Part shown: piece after piece, positions 22,139 through 32,576 of the stretch
Numbering within the stretch: the first letter of the stretch is position 1
How the letters are laid out: the number at the start of each line of letters is the position of its first letter
Source: Andalucia godoyi And28
Taxonomy: Eukaryota; Protista; Jakobida
NCBI GenBank assembly: GCA_009859145.1
Contig: VRVR01000027.1
Span: 112,981-176,980, forward strand
Length of the DNA stretch: 64,000 nucleotides
Reading direction: 5' to 3'
Made by a program: the position numbers and the translations under genes
Notes under the pieces: model-generated
The model's database searches: none
What the model saw: the letters and a program-made list of their open reading frames with translations, nothing else
Told to the model about the DNA's origin: nothing

Positions 22139-23897
22139 ATGAAGCTGTCCTTCTCAACCTGGTGCCTAATATTGACGATTCTACATTGCGCTCATCTGGT
22201 TTCAAGTGCTGGTCTTACCTGGTCCATTCTTGCAAATTCAATACTGTCGCCGTCCCCTGCTCCCCGGCGTGACGCTGCCATTGGGCACTTGTCCGCTCTC
22301 AACAGTCTGATCCTGTTCGGTGGTCGCACTGGTGGTGGACAAGCGCTTCGTGATACATGGCTATTCAACCTTGCGTCTCTAACTTGGAACGAACTTTCTT
22401 CCAATTCTTCGATGCTGAGCGGCTCTCCAGACGCTCGATTTTCGATGGTCTACGGGGTGTCGGGCACTGGCGCGTTCTACATTTGCACTGGGCAGACAAA
22501 CGTTAACGGACGAGTGTTTTCAGACACGTGGATATTTTCTCCAGCATCTTTGCAATGGTCGGCAGTTTCTGTGCATGGCGACGTTCCCCCCGCGAGATAC
22601 GGCTCCGCGGGAGGGTTCTTCCGCTCTCCCAATCAATATTTGCTTTTCCTTACTCACGGGTTTGACAAGAATGTTCAGCGATTCAGTGACTCCTATATCT
22701 TGGACACGACGACACGGGAATGGAGCAGAGTCGTGGAAGATCGGTCCAGCAATGCATACGATCCGCGGATGCCTCATGCACGATGTCTGCACTCCGGTGT
22801 TGCGATCGGGACCACTGAATTTTTGATTTTCGGAGGCTGTCTGAACGGTCAAGGATCTGCTGCGGGCCCTTGTCCTTCGAATGATGTGTGGATATTTTCC
22901 TCGAGTCGGAGATCTTGGAAACGAGGCGGACAGTATTCACAATCGCAGTTCGTTCCTACTCCAAGAGTGTATTCGTCCATGGTGTACTTCGCTCTGGCAG
23001 ACACGGTTTTGGTCTATGGTGGTGACACCAATGCTGGAAATATGATCCGCGCAGCGGCGACACCCACCGATGAAGTTATACTGATTGATGCCAGCGACGG
23101 TAACGCTCCCTTTCGTCGACGATCCGCCTCAAATCCGCCGCCTACCGTGCTTGTTGGCGCGTCGATGACAGTGGTGTATGTCTTTTCCCCATCCCGCTCT
23201 TCTATTTCCTTATCTCCTATCCCCGCCGTCATGTGCAATCCTGCTACTAATCCTTTTCCCAAGCGACAGAACGATGAACAACTCCGAGTTCGCTGTATTA
23301 TATGGACTGTCCGGGTCGCTGTGGCGCCTATCTCTCTCGGGATCATTGAGCGATTCCCCTGCACTATCCGGGAGTAATTCGTACATTTCTTTTGTGATTC
23401 TTCACGGTGTATTTGCATTCATCGGCTGGGGAGTGCTGCTGCAAGCTGGTGCGTTGATTGCTCGATACGGAAAGCAGATGGTGGGAACGAAGCAGCCAGC
23501 GCTGTGGTTTCGGCTGCACCGAGGTCTGCAGATAACGGGGCTCACATTTGGGCTCGTAGCGTTTGTGCTCGGTGTCGTCTCGGCGTCTGGAGCAAAGCAC
23601 TTTTCGTTTGCTCACGGAATCATAGGACTTATTATCACGATTTTGGGTGTAACGCAACCATTGAATGCTCTGTTCCGACCGCATCCCGGGACTCCGAAGC
23701 GACTAGTTTGGAATTATCTGCATTGGGGAACTGGTCGTTTGGCCCTCATCTTGGCACTTGCCAATATTTCTCTTGGCTTGTTTCTTGCTGTGGCACCTGA
23801 TCCTATTTGGATCGCATGGTTTTGCCTCGTTCTATTGCTCATCATCGGATACATCACGTTGGAAATTCGGAGAATTCGGTCTCTCAAACATCGTTAA
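22139..23897 (+). CDS. Signal peptide + Kelch beta-propeller + cytochrome b561 (ferric-reductase-like) membrane protein; join(22139..23175,23264..23897)
   Basis: Hydrophobic leader MKLSFSTWCLILTILHCAHLVSSA. About six Kelch repeats (LILFGG..., PPARYGSAGG, FLIFGG, VLVYGG). The b561 part has heme-ligand His blocks LHGVFAFIGWG, WFRLHRGLQ, FAHGIIG and WNYLHWGTGR. Splicing restores the frame exactly. Confidence 0.88.
23176..23263 (+). other. 88-nt spliceosomal intron
   Basis: GTATGT donor, pyrimidine-rich body, CTACTAAT branch-like site, TTTTCCCAAG acceptor. Phase 2 splicing gives ...MTVV-DRTM... in frame. Confidence 0.85.
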
Positions 23898-24003
23898 TAA
23901 AAGTAGGAGTCTCCTGCGTCTGGTCCGATTTCTTTTTGGTGTCATGTCGAAGGATCGCTGGGAGCATTCGGAGCTGTAAATGCGCCCACGTGAGCTACTG
24001 AAA

Positions 24004-24034
24004 TCGAACTCAAATTCGCTCAAAATCAATTTCG
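24004..24034 (+). repeat. Degenerate copy of the 31-bp inverted-repeat unit at 59820-59850
   Basis: TCGAACTCAAATTCGCTCAAAATCAATTTCG vs GCGAACTCTAGTTCGCCTAAAATCGACTTCG: 24/31 ungapped identities by hand count. Confidence 0.35.
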
Positions 24035-24042
24035 GCAGCAGC

Positions 24043-24314
24043 AATTGTTTTACATTTACAAATTCCAGAGATTTGCTGTTGGTGACCAAAAGCCAATAAC
24101 CATCATGTCTTCCGCACAAGCTACGGACTACATGACGCCACCCGCCTGTTATGAGAATGTTCTCAGAGTATGGGCAATCACCACAACATAAAGAACAAAA
24201 CAACACAGGTCTTCGACGGCCAGCTTCCCCTCGCTGAGCACCTTGGCTCCGTACCCGAAGGTCCGAACACCAGGACAATCGACATGTAGGCAAGCCACTC
24301 TGCGCCACCTTGGA
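24043..24314 (-). pseudogene. Decayed fragment of an ABCB-type transporter TMD, paralogous to 48979-49208
   Basis: Shared blocks CCATCATGTCTTCCGCAC and CACCAG(G/A)ACAATCGACATGTAGG(C/A)AAGCCACTCTGCGCCACCTTGGA. Translation QGGAEWLAYMSIVLVF / YGAKVLSEGKLAVEDLCCFVLYVVVIAH...*QAGGVM*SVACAEDMM contains stops and an indel. Confidence 0.75.
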
Positions 24315-24881
24315 CTAGGAAATTTCAAAAATGGAGAGCCGAATTCGCCTTTTCCTCAGTCTTTGCAATCACGAAAGTCTCCCGAAGTGCCCTCGATTTC
24401 AGATAGAGGACTTTGGACACGACGGAACCAAGGGAAGGTGCTGTTTGCATTACAGTGTGCCGAAAAGGAGGAAGCACAGCAGGAAGATCGTTGAATTGGA
24501 TCTTTCGAAATGTTGGACAACATTTCCCCCAAACCAAGCCAACAGATTCGGCTTTCATACGAGCATTTGTGGCTCCCTCGACAGAATATTCAGATTCTTG
24601 TGTGGATTCCTCCAATCTGCTTGCATTCGTCTTTGGATAAGCAAGCAGATGTGGGTTGACGTTTTTTGAAAATGTCAGGTGTGTCCGACGATTCGTCCCG
24701 GGGACAGCTGCTCCTTGGGAGGTGTTGTTTCCGAATGCTTCTGTCTGCATTCCAGCAGAATGTAAACTCAGTGACCATAGAGCTTGTGAAGCGGTCAAGG
24801 GATTCAACAAAACCTGTCCCCGCCGGTACCTCTTCCCTTCCTCTTTTCAGTTTATTTCTTTTTGATTACCATGTTACATTG

Positions 24882-26009
24882 ATGTCTGCATTACAAAATA
24901 GTTTACTGATGAACAGGGCTGTTTCATATCCACAGACGAACCATACGGATCCAAATGCACTCTCGAACTTGCTGAGCACAAATTGCTTGGTTCCCAGACT
25001 CCTTCCAAATCTCATTCTGGACCATGACCTCTTCGAATTCGTGGACTTTTCTTCTGAAGAACTCGATGCTGTTTCTCCCCGGCATCGAGAATGCTGTCAA
25101 CTTACGGATCTCTCCACGAACTGTGCTGCAGATTCTCAGACATGCTCCATTTCTGATTGCTCCCCAATGGTTCCTTGTATGGAAGCAGACGCCCAACTGT
25201 GACAACTCTCTTCTCCAGTGATCGCCTGTCAAGCGTACTCCGATTGTGCCCAAGACTGGGTCATCAGAGACTCGGCAGTCAGCAACGCTAGCATACACGT
25301 TCAGTCACGGTGTTCAAAGACGAACTTTCGAAACTGGACAGAGCCTTCTGGACCCTCAGACTTTTACAGAAACGCTGTCTCCAACAGGAATCTTTCAAAA
25401 ACGCCCGACATCGATTTTGCGGATTTGCAATGGTACAAGACCTCCGTGTATTCTCTTCTTGTGTCTGTGGCGTTTCCAACATTCGATTTATACACCACTG
25501 TATCTCAGGAGGCCGTGGCTTCTCTTGGCTCTTTGCGGTGCTCGCTGGAGCTGACAAACGTCGATGGCAAAGTGATGAATCACGCACTGCTTCGTGATGG
25601 AAAGTCGACAACAGGAAACATTGTGTCAACTGCAGAGGAGCATTCCATCTTTCCAGCAAGTCTTCTGGAATACCGATTAATTCAAAAGGAAACAAAGCAG
25701 AATACAGGATTTGTGACTTACCATGGCGTTGTGGGCCCGTTTCGCATTCTGTTGTATTCCACGTACTCAAAGGGAAAGTTGAGGCCAAATCGATTCAGGA
25801 TGTCCGCCTTCGCAGACACGCATGCTCAAGACAGGCAACTGGAGACGTCCTCACCGAACTCGGAATCTGCAGACCTCCAATTCCTCTGTCAGATTTGGAG
25901 TCCCACTTTCTTCATCAAGAGCAAGAAGCCGATGCACACCGCAGCGAAACACAAGAGAATGGCACAAGGCGATTCTCACCATGGATTGTTTGGGCCAGCC
26001 GCAAAATAG
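24882..26009 (+). CDS. Uncharacterised protein, WYKTS family copy 2; probably join(24882..25176,25219..26009)
   Basis: Two in-frame ORFs separated only by TGA at 25200. N-part LVPRLLPN resembles LIPTLLPD of copy 1. C-part VQSRCSKTNFRNWT...WYKTSVY...FRMSA...SPTFFIKSKKP. Alternative upstream ATG at 24672. Confidence 0.7.
25177..25218 (+). other. Predicted 42-nt intron
   Basis: GTATGG donor and CTCTCTTCTCCAG acceptor. Its length is a multiple of 3 and it contains the only in-frame stop. Confidence 0.55.
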
Positions 26010-26226
26010 AGACGAGAGCTGGAATCATAAGAGCGATTGTGTGAATGCTTGGGTCTTCACTTGGATCAATTTGGTATTATTACATACATAAATCTGCTTA
26101 TTCTTCCAGTCCATTCATTTTGCGGTCCAACAACACCGGTTGGCTCATTCAGTGTTGTGTGGTAAGCCTGTATAGCTGTAGTCGAGTATTCGTCAAATTC
26201 GTTGGTAGAGTGTCACGAATTATGAT

Positions 26227-27410
26227 TCATGAATGGGTTTCCTGCTCATTCGAGCAATAACAAAAAGCGATACCGTCGAAGATGAAGCGTCGCAACTCGG
26301 ACAGACTTCCAAAAGGACAGCGAAATGCCGAACAGTCGATCATGGTACTGTCGGAGCAGCGGTAATCGGTAAGCAAACTCTCTCTCTTTATCATTTTCGG
26401 CGGCAGGCGATGAAGCAACGGTCTGCACAAGAGTCCCTCATTCTTGGTGAGACTCGTCTTCTCAGTCGAGAGATCTCCTGTACTGCTGCGCTTCAATAGC
26501 GAAACCACATCATTCACCGCACTTGCAAATAGCTCGTCCACACTCCTCTCCAACTCGTGCGTTCCGATGCGAGTCAGAATCTCGCGACGAAATACGCGGA
26601 TTCGAAACTGCGACACCTGGATCCCAGAAGGCGCTACACCAGACTCCACGACCAAGTCCAAAGGCGAAATCAAAGTATCTGCAAGACTAAACGGTACAGT
26701 TTGCAGGGCAGCTTTCCTCACGCGGTACAGAGCATTACTGTTCACATATTCCAAAGGGTGGTTCCGCGTCGCACAAAACAATGAAGAGCAATGGACATGT
26801 GCGGATATGCAAGCCGCAAGCCATGAAGGATGGTTCTTCTGCAATCCAAAGGGCGAATTCTCTTCGATCATTCTTCTCCTGACTCGCTTGACACCAAGAT
26901 GATTTCGAGATGATGGCGTGTTATTATCATTCTCATCATCATCAATCTTCCTCTTCTTCTTGCGATCATGCTCTGCATGACCATCGTGCTCAGCCCAGTG
27001 CTCGTCGTCGTTATCGTCTGCATTGTCATGCACGATTCTTGACTTCGATCCCGAAGTCGAAGACGAATTCGAGTCTTCCCGACCTCTTTTTGCATCCACG
27101 AACTGCGCGCCTGACGATTGGAAAGCACAGTTGGTGGAGATCGAGATGGAAGGTATCCCAGAATGAATTTGCAGGATTCGTGAAGCGTGCTAATCGAAGA
27201 TGACGAGAAAGCTCTAGAGTTCAGAACAACGTGGGAACAGGGACTGTTCAGAAGAGAGAAGAAATCATTGGTAGATGAAGTTCTAGGTGTTCTTTTTCTC
27301 GATGAAGAGCATTGGGAATGCTGAGACGACGGCGACTGCCGAGATCGCTGTTGGTCAGTTATGTCTTCTTCACACGCGGGGTACGGTCTCTGTAGATGAC
27401 GCTGGTACAT
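26227..27410 (-). CDS. Hypothetical protein with acidic/basic NLS-like region, probable frame change near 27095
   Basis: The 290-aa ORF (DRKKKRKIDDDEND...) lacks an ATG at its start. An overlapping ATG-initiated frame from 27410 could supply the N-terminus. Confidence 0.4.
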
Positions 27411-27509
27411 GGGATACGAGGGATCCTGATAGGATGGGTGGCACCTTTGTTCTAAAAGGAAAGGATTTCAAAGCAAAGCAGTGCATCGTCAATCGCGGGT
27501 GCTTGTCAA

Positions 27510-28964
27510 TCAGCCAAGCACACTGCAGCACACAACAGTGAGTGTGAATGCGACAACAGAAGTGACGGCAAGGATGCCAAAAACCGGATCAGTGGACTCC
27601 ACATCCTGCCACGGAACATGAACATTCATACCGAATGCCGAGGTCACGATTTTCAACAGAGGCATTCCTGTTGCAACAATTCCCATTCGCTTCATCCAAT
27701 TATTCGTCATTTGCGAACTTCGCGACACAGAAATCGACATTCGGGAGAGGTAGTTCGAATTGGCTTGGGTGAGCATTTCGCACGATCGCTCAATCTTGTG
27801 AAGGCAGGAATTAATGTGTTCGGACAAGCCCCGAAGGAGCAGTCTAGCACTGTCAGACGATTCCTTGCTAGACATCGAATAATCGTAATCGGACGTTTCG
27901 AGTGCATGAAGATTGATTGTCGATTCTAGATGTTCGTGAGATCGCGAATCGACCAAGTTGTCATCCTGCTGTGTGAGCCCAATCGCCGTCCACTTTGCTC
28001 TGGACAACTGCGAAACGATCTTTTGCTTTCCCGTCAACAGACGCCGCAGCACTACCAACTTCTTCCGTGAATTGTTGATTCGAAGAAGCAGATCAGATTG
28101 TTCCGATTCTGGCAATGCAAAAACCAGTTTTTCGATGCACTCGCATTCACACAATATTGCGTCAATCAGCGGAATGACCTCATCAACAAACACATCCAGG
28201 ATGGAGAACAAGATATCAAAAGGTTTATCAAAACCTTTGAAACGAAATCGAATCAGTACAGTACACAGACCGGGAATCGGTTCCGCGTGAATTGTGACTA
28301 CGATACGGTTCATCAGAATGAAGTGCACTGGAACACAGTGTTCCACATCATCGGCATCATGTTGCAACGGACGAACAAGAATCGACGAACATGCATCGTT
28401 TTCAATAGGAAACGTTTCAAACTTTTCAGTCACATCAAAATCCAAGCAGTCTTCCATCGTGAGTTCACGCAAGGCCAGCAGACGACCGAGGAGTTGGAAA
28501 TCAACACTATCAGTCGTCTGAACATCAATCCAGTGGCAAACTCTCGACGACCGATCACTTGCACAAGAAACAATCAACGCAGAGTGAGCTTCCACAAACC
28601 CTCGGCACGAATCATAAAAAAGAGGTTCTGAAGATGACGAAGAAAGATACATGACGTGCGAACCATCTGCCAGAAGTGTCTCAAAAGTGTGGTCATGATC
28701 AACTCCGCCGTTGTAGAAAACAGATGCCAAAGACATGTGGCGATTCAATTTTGGAGAGTGTTTGCAGTCCTCAACCGTAGAGGAGCGAAAAGATGGAATC
28801 GCTGTATCCCCACCACGAATTGCAGCAGCCGCCAGTTCCATTCTCGTCGTGTCCTCCTCATCAGCATTTCCTACAGGGAATGCTACGAATCGTTGCGGAT
28901 TGTTTTCAGAGGGCTCCGAAGAATGTGCTTCCGCCCTGTCGGAAACTGGACAGCAGGAAGACAT
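27510..28964 (-). CDS. corA: CorA/ALR1-like Mg2+ channel, copy 1
   Basis: WIDV...LRELTMEDC, LFSILDVFVDE, coiled stalk, TSAFGMNVHVPW plus a final TM. First ATG at 28964. Confidence 0.88.
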   Translation of the reverse strand: MSSCCPVSDRAEAHSSEPSENNPQRFVAFPVGNADEEDTTRMELAAAAIRGGDTAIPSFRSSTVEDCKHSPKLNRHMSLASVFYNGGVDHDHTFETLLADGSHVMYLSSSSSEPLFYDSCRGFVEAHSALIVSCASDRSSRVCHWIDVQTTDSVDFQLLGRLLALRELTMEDCLDFDVTEKFETFPIENDACSSILVRPLQHDADDVEHCVPVHFILMNRIVVTIHAEPIPGLCTVLIRFRFKGFDKPFDILFSILDVFVDEVIPLIDAILCECECIEKLVFALPESEQSDLLLRINNSRKKLVVLRRLLTGKQKIVSQLSRAKWTAIGLTQQDDNLVDSRSHEHLESTINLHALETSDYDYSMSSKESSDSARLLLRGLSEHINSCLHKIERSCEMLTQANSNYLSRMSISVSRSSQMTNNWMKRMGIVATGMPLLKIVTSAFGMNVHVPWQDVESTDPVFGILAVTSVVAFTLTVVCCSVLG

Positions 28965-29182
28965 TTCGGACTGGCTGCTTCCCAAGAAGAAACTGGTGAA
29001 AAAAAGACAAACACGAAGCAGCACTGTGCTGGAAAAGCGAGTTCATGCCGATGAAGCTGAGAGGGTTTGAGGCCACAACGCTTGACCTGTTGAACCAGTG
29101 CTGTCCAAGCAGTCGGAACGGGCTTCTTCCCGATTTAATTGCGAATCTTCGTCAATCCAAATTTGTACATTGATTTACCCAA

Positions 29183-29500
29183 ATGAGAATCAAATTGACC
29201 ATACAGGGAGAAGTTCCACCTGCTACCCGACTTCCACTGCAATTTCGGGCGACCGCACAGATGTGCAAAACTGCCAAAAACGCTATCTGCGCGACAGTGG
29301 AAGACGGGGTTCTCGTGAAAATACAGTATTCAATCAAATTCTCGAACGCAGTGTTCTCAAGGGAACACAACGTGCCAGATACTTGTGCTGTTCGACAAGT
29401 GTTGCCGATAGTTCAGTACCGGTACAAGCACGTGAGAAACGGTGGTGTTGGGAAGGCAGGCAATCCTCTCGGAGATTGCACCTGCGTGATGCTTGTTTGA
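29183..29500 (+). CDS. Small hypothetical protein
   Basis: 105-aa ATG-initiated ORF in otherwise unassigned space. No motif. Confidence 0.25.
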   Translation: MRIKLTIQGEVPPATRLPLQFRATAQMCKTAKNAICATVEDGVLVKIQYSIKFSNAVFSREHNVPDTCAVRQVLPIVQYRYKHVRNGGVGKAGNPLGDCTCVMLV

Positions 29501-29911
29501 AGTCTTGAGACGGGGCGATATTCATGGCCAATCAGTCGTAATTCCTGTGTAGGCACAGACTCGGACTGCACCACGGCATCGAATACACGATTGACTGCGA
29601 CGATCGGCAAAATAGGAAGGAAACCGTTTCATAAACGCCCTCGATCCGGCTGTGTACCCGTTTGGATGTGGGTGATTCCGGAATTGGGAACCCCGGATCA
29701 CCGTAGGAGCTCCATCGGCAGAATTCGATTTGTCGCTTCTGCGACGGGCCTGGAAAAACCCAGTGTGGAATTGATCTGTGCAATGAAAAGCAGCAGCGCT
29801 GTCCATTTGTCAAGCACAAAATTTCAAAGGTGGGATACGTCGCTCCTTCGTACGTTCTACGTGCTTTCCTGTGAATTTATAACAGCGGATTTGCTTCTTC
29901 TAAGAGTGATC

Positions 29912-31161
29912 ATGGACCCCCAGCATCAACCTTCGGTTTCCCCACCTACAAAGCAGAACCCTCAGGGAATTGCGAAATGGAACCCTATCTTGGTCCGGTT
30001 GTCCACTCCGTGTTCGGCACAGCTGCAAATGCAACTATTTCAACCACAACACCAAAGCCTTTCACTCTCTGTCAGCAGAGCATGGACACTGTATGATTTT
30101 CAGCAAGATCTCCAACGGAGCACAAATTCTTGCACACCTGCCACAGTACCTTCCCGGCAGTATGTATTGGATTCTGGGACGACAACATCACAAGCGGACG
30201 CACCCTCGAGGGTCTTCCAACCACATTTGAAACGCTGGACCGCGGAAGAAGACGCCAAGCTCCTAGAAGGCATTCGAATGTGTGGTGCGAATTCATGGAG
30301 TTGCATCAGCGATTTATTGGAACTTGCAGGCATCCGAACGCGTGCTTCCAACGATTCCGTCGGGTACTTGATCCAAAGTTGGTGCGAGACAAGCAGTGGA
30401 CATTTGAAGAATATTTGAAGCTGACTGTCTTGTATCGAATGCATGGCACTCGCTGGACTTTGATCAGTGCACGTCTTCCTGGTCGTCATGATGATGCTGT
30501 TCGATCTCGCTGGCTGGCGAAATGCCAAAGAGCCACCGCCGCAATTCAAGCAGGTGCGCAGCATCAGTTGTTCGTCGATATAGAAAATCTGACAAATGAG
30601 ACCTCTGATCACAGGTGGATCGATCGATGCCTTTGTGAAGCCAAAGAACGACTTCTGGACGACCCATACCCTCCTGGACTCTTCTGCATTGTCCTATCAT
30701 CATGCGGCTATTCTCATCCTGATATTCCCCATTCCCTTGTCGCAGAACTTGAAGCAATTTCTGCTGTGTCCAACGCGGCAGGCGCAACAGATTCACCTCC
30801 ATTGAACACTAGAAAACGAAGAAGTTCACTCGAGCCCAACGTATTCAGCCATTCCAACGAAGATGTTCCACAGGTGGATGTGCAACCTCTCACGGCCAAC
30901 TCCCATCCAGTTCCTGTTCTGTCGTCATCAGAACGTAGAAAACGAGGAGTTGGAAATATACCTATCAGGGTTGCATCCAGTGCAAATACTTCGACTTCGT
31001 TGGCTGGCAATCAGCAAGTATCGAAGTTTGACGAATGTTGTCATGACAGACACCTTTCTTCTGGCATGTCCACTCCTACAACCCTTGGAATTTCATCCAA
31101 TTCAAGAACTCCTTTATCTCCTATATTATTGGCTTCGTTACTTCATAATGCCAATCCATGA
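29912..31161 (+). CDS. R2R3-type Myb transcription factor (single frameshift at 30313-30315)
   Basis: KRWTAEEDAKLLEGIRMCGANSWSCISD joins FIGTCRHPNACFQRFRRVLDP...QWTFEEYLKL...GTRWTLISARLPGRHDDAVRSRW if the TTT run is TTTT. Confidence 0.8.
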
Positions 31162-31697
31162 TCTAGTAATGTTGCATATACTGATCGAGGACTTTTCTGA
31201 GCAGTCCGAAGAGGTCCCCTGCCAATTTATTTCCAGAGGGATCAATCGCAAATTGCACAACTACTAATCATGTTGACATCACGGAGAGACTGGGAAAAAC
31301 TTCCCACCTCTCACCGTGTTTCCATGCCAATTCCTATAAACAGAGGAAGAACAAGGAGATCTCCTCAACCCTTCCAACAAGCTACAGGTCGACGAAAACT
31401 TCGATCCCCATCGATTGTGCTGCTTCGAGAGTTCAGTATGTAAATTATCAGGAGATCGTTCAAATCGAAGTCTTCCCACAACCCATTCAAATGCAGCCTT
31501 GTCGCACAGCCTTTCCGCAATTTTCTATGCGAGCGGGCTGCTCAGGAAACTTCACTCTCCAAGTCATGACGTTTTTCGCAAAGCAAGGACCATAGACAAA
31601 TCTCAACAAGCGAAAACAGAGAATAGAAGAAGCCAGAGTTGTAACAAAGCATTTACGAAACGCAACCACGTTTTTCTCGAGGAATTCCCATTTAAAA

Positions 31698-32262
31698 TCA
31701 GACAAAGCAGTAGGAGAAAAATGCGATGCCGAATGAGATTAAGGAGAAAGATGAGGACAGGAGCGAGGATGCGCCATTCGTGCAAAACTTCCCTTTGCCC
31801 ACAAACGCCACAGCACTTGCAAATGTAGAGTCCGCAGGTCGGAAGCCCGCAAACGTATTTTCATTGGGGGCGCAGTATCCGTTGGTGAACCCAATAAAGT
31901 ACTCGTAGTTATTCACGATCGACCAGCAGTATCCGGACACTTCGCACGAAATGTTGCCGAACGTCACGCTTTGGAACGCGGTTGCACATGGGAAGGATAC
32001 GGTGCCCGGGGCCGGGCTCGACACTTTGAGCTCCTTGAAAATCTCGGACTGGTACTGCGTCCCCAAACAGGAGGAAGCAATCCTTGTGGAATTGCCACAC
32101 CAACTCCCAGAGAGGGTCGCTGCAAAGGATGTAGCAGTGTTCGGGCATTTGTTCTGAGCAATCGCTGCTCCGACTTGGATGGGGGGCTAAGGTGAGGCTA
32201 CTCAGTAGCAGAGCGAACATCGCCAGCAGACCCGTTCTCGCAAGCCCAGCCTGTGCTCTCAT
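31698..32262 (-). CDS. Small Cys-containing secreted, probably GPI-anchored protein (single frameshift at 32181-32186)
   Basis: Removing one base from the 6-base run gives MRAQAGLARTGLLAMFALLLSSLTLAPIQVGAAIAQNKCP...CTNGASSLLSSSFSLISFGIAFFSYCFV. This has a signal peptide, several Cys and a hydrophobic C-terminal tail. Confidence 0.6.
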
Positions 32263-32576
32263 CTTTTTCTATCTATTTGCTTATTTTTTGAACACCCCTT
32301 TGAAAGTTGCTCAAGGAGGAGTTCAATATATGTAAACTCACAAACGACAACGAATATTCAAAAGTAGAATAAATACGCAGCGCACGAAAAAAGAAAAAGA
32401 ACCCAGTTCAACGGTGTAAAGAAAACAGCAATCATGACACCTTGCTGGGAACGATCAACGTGTAGGAGCAAAGAGGATTTTACCGATCAACCCGATTTCG
32501 GTAGCGCACGGGCAGAACGTTGCTCCTATGTAACCTTAAGTGACGCGATTTGCTCACATGCAATTTTCATGAAGCA

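Noticed and set aside
32188-32202. 15-nt GT...AG micro-intron to fix the GPI-protein frame
   Set aside because: Its length is a multiple of three, so it cannot change frame. The adjacent homopolymer explains the break.
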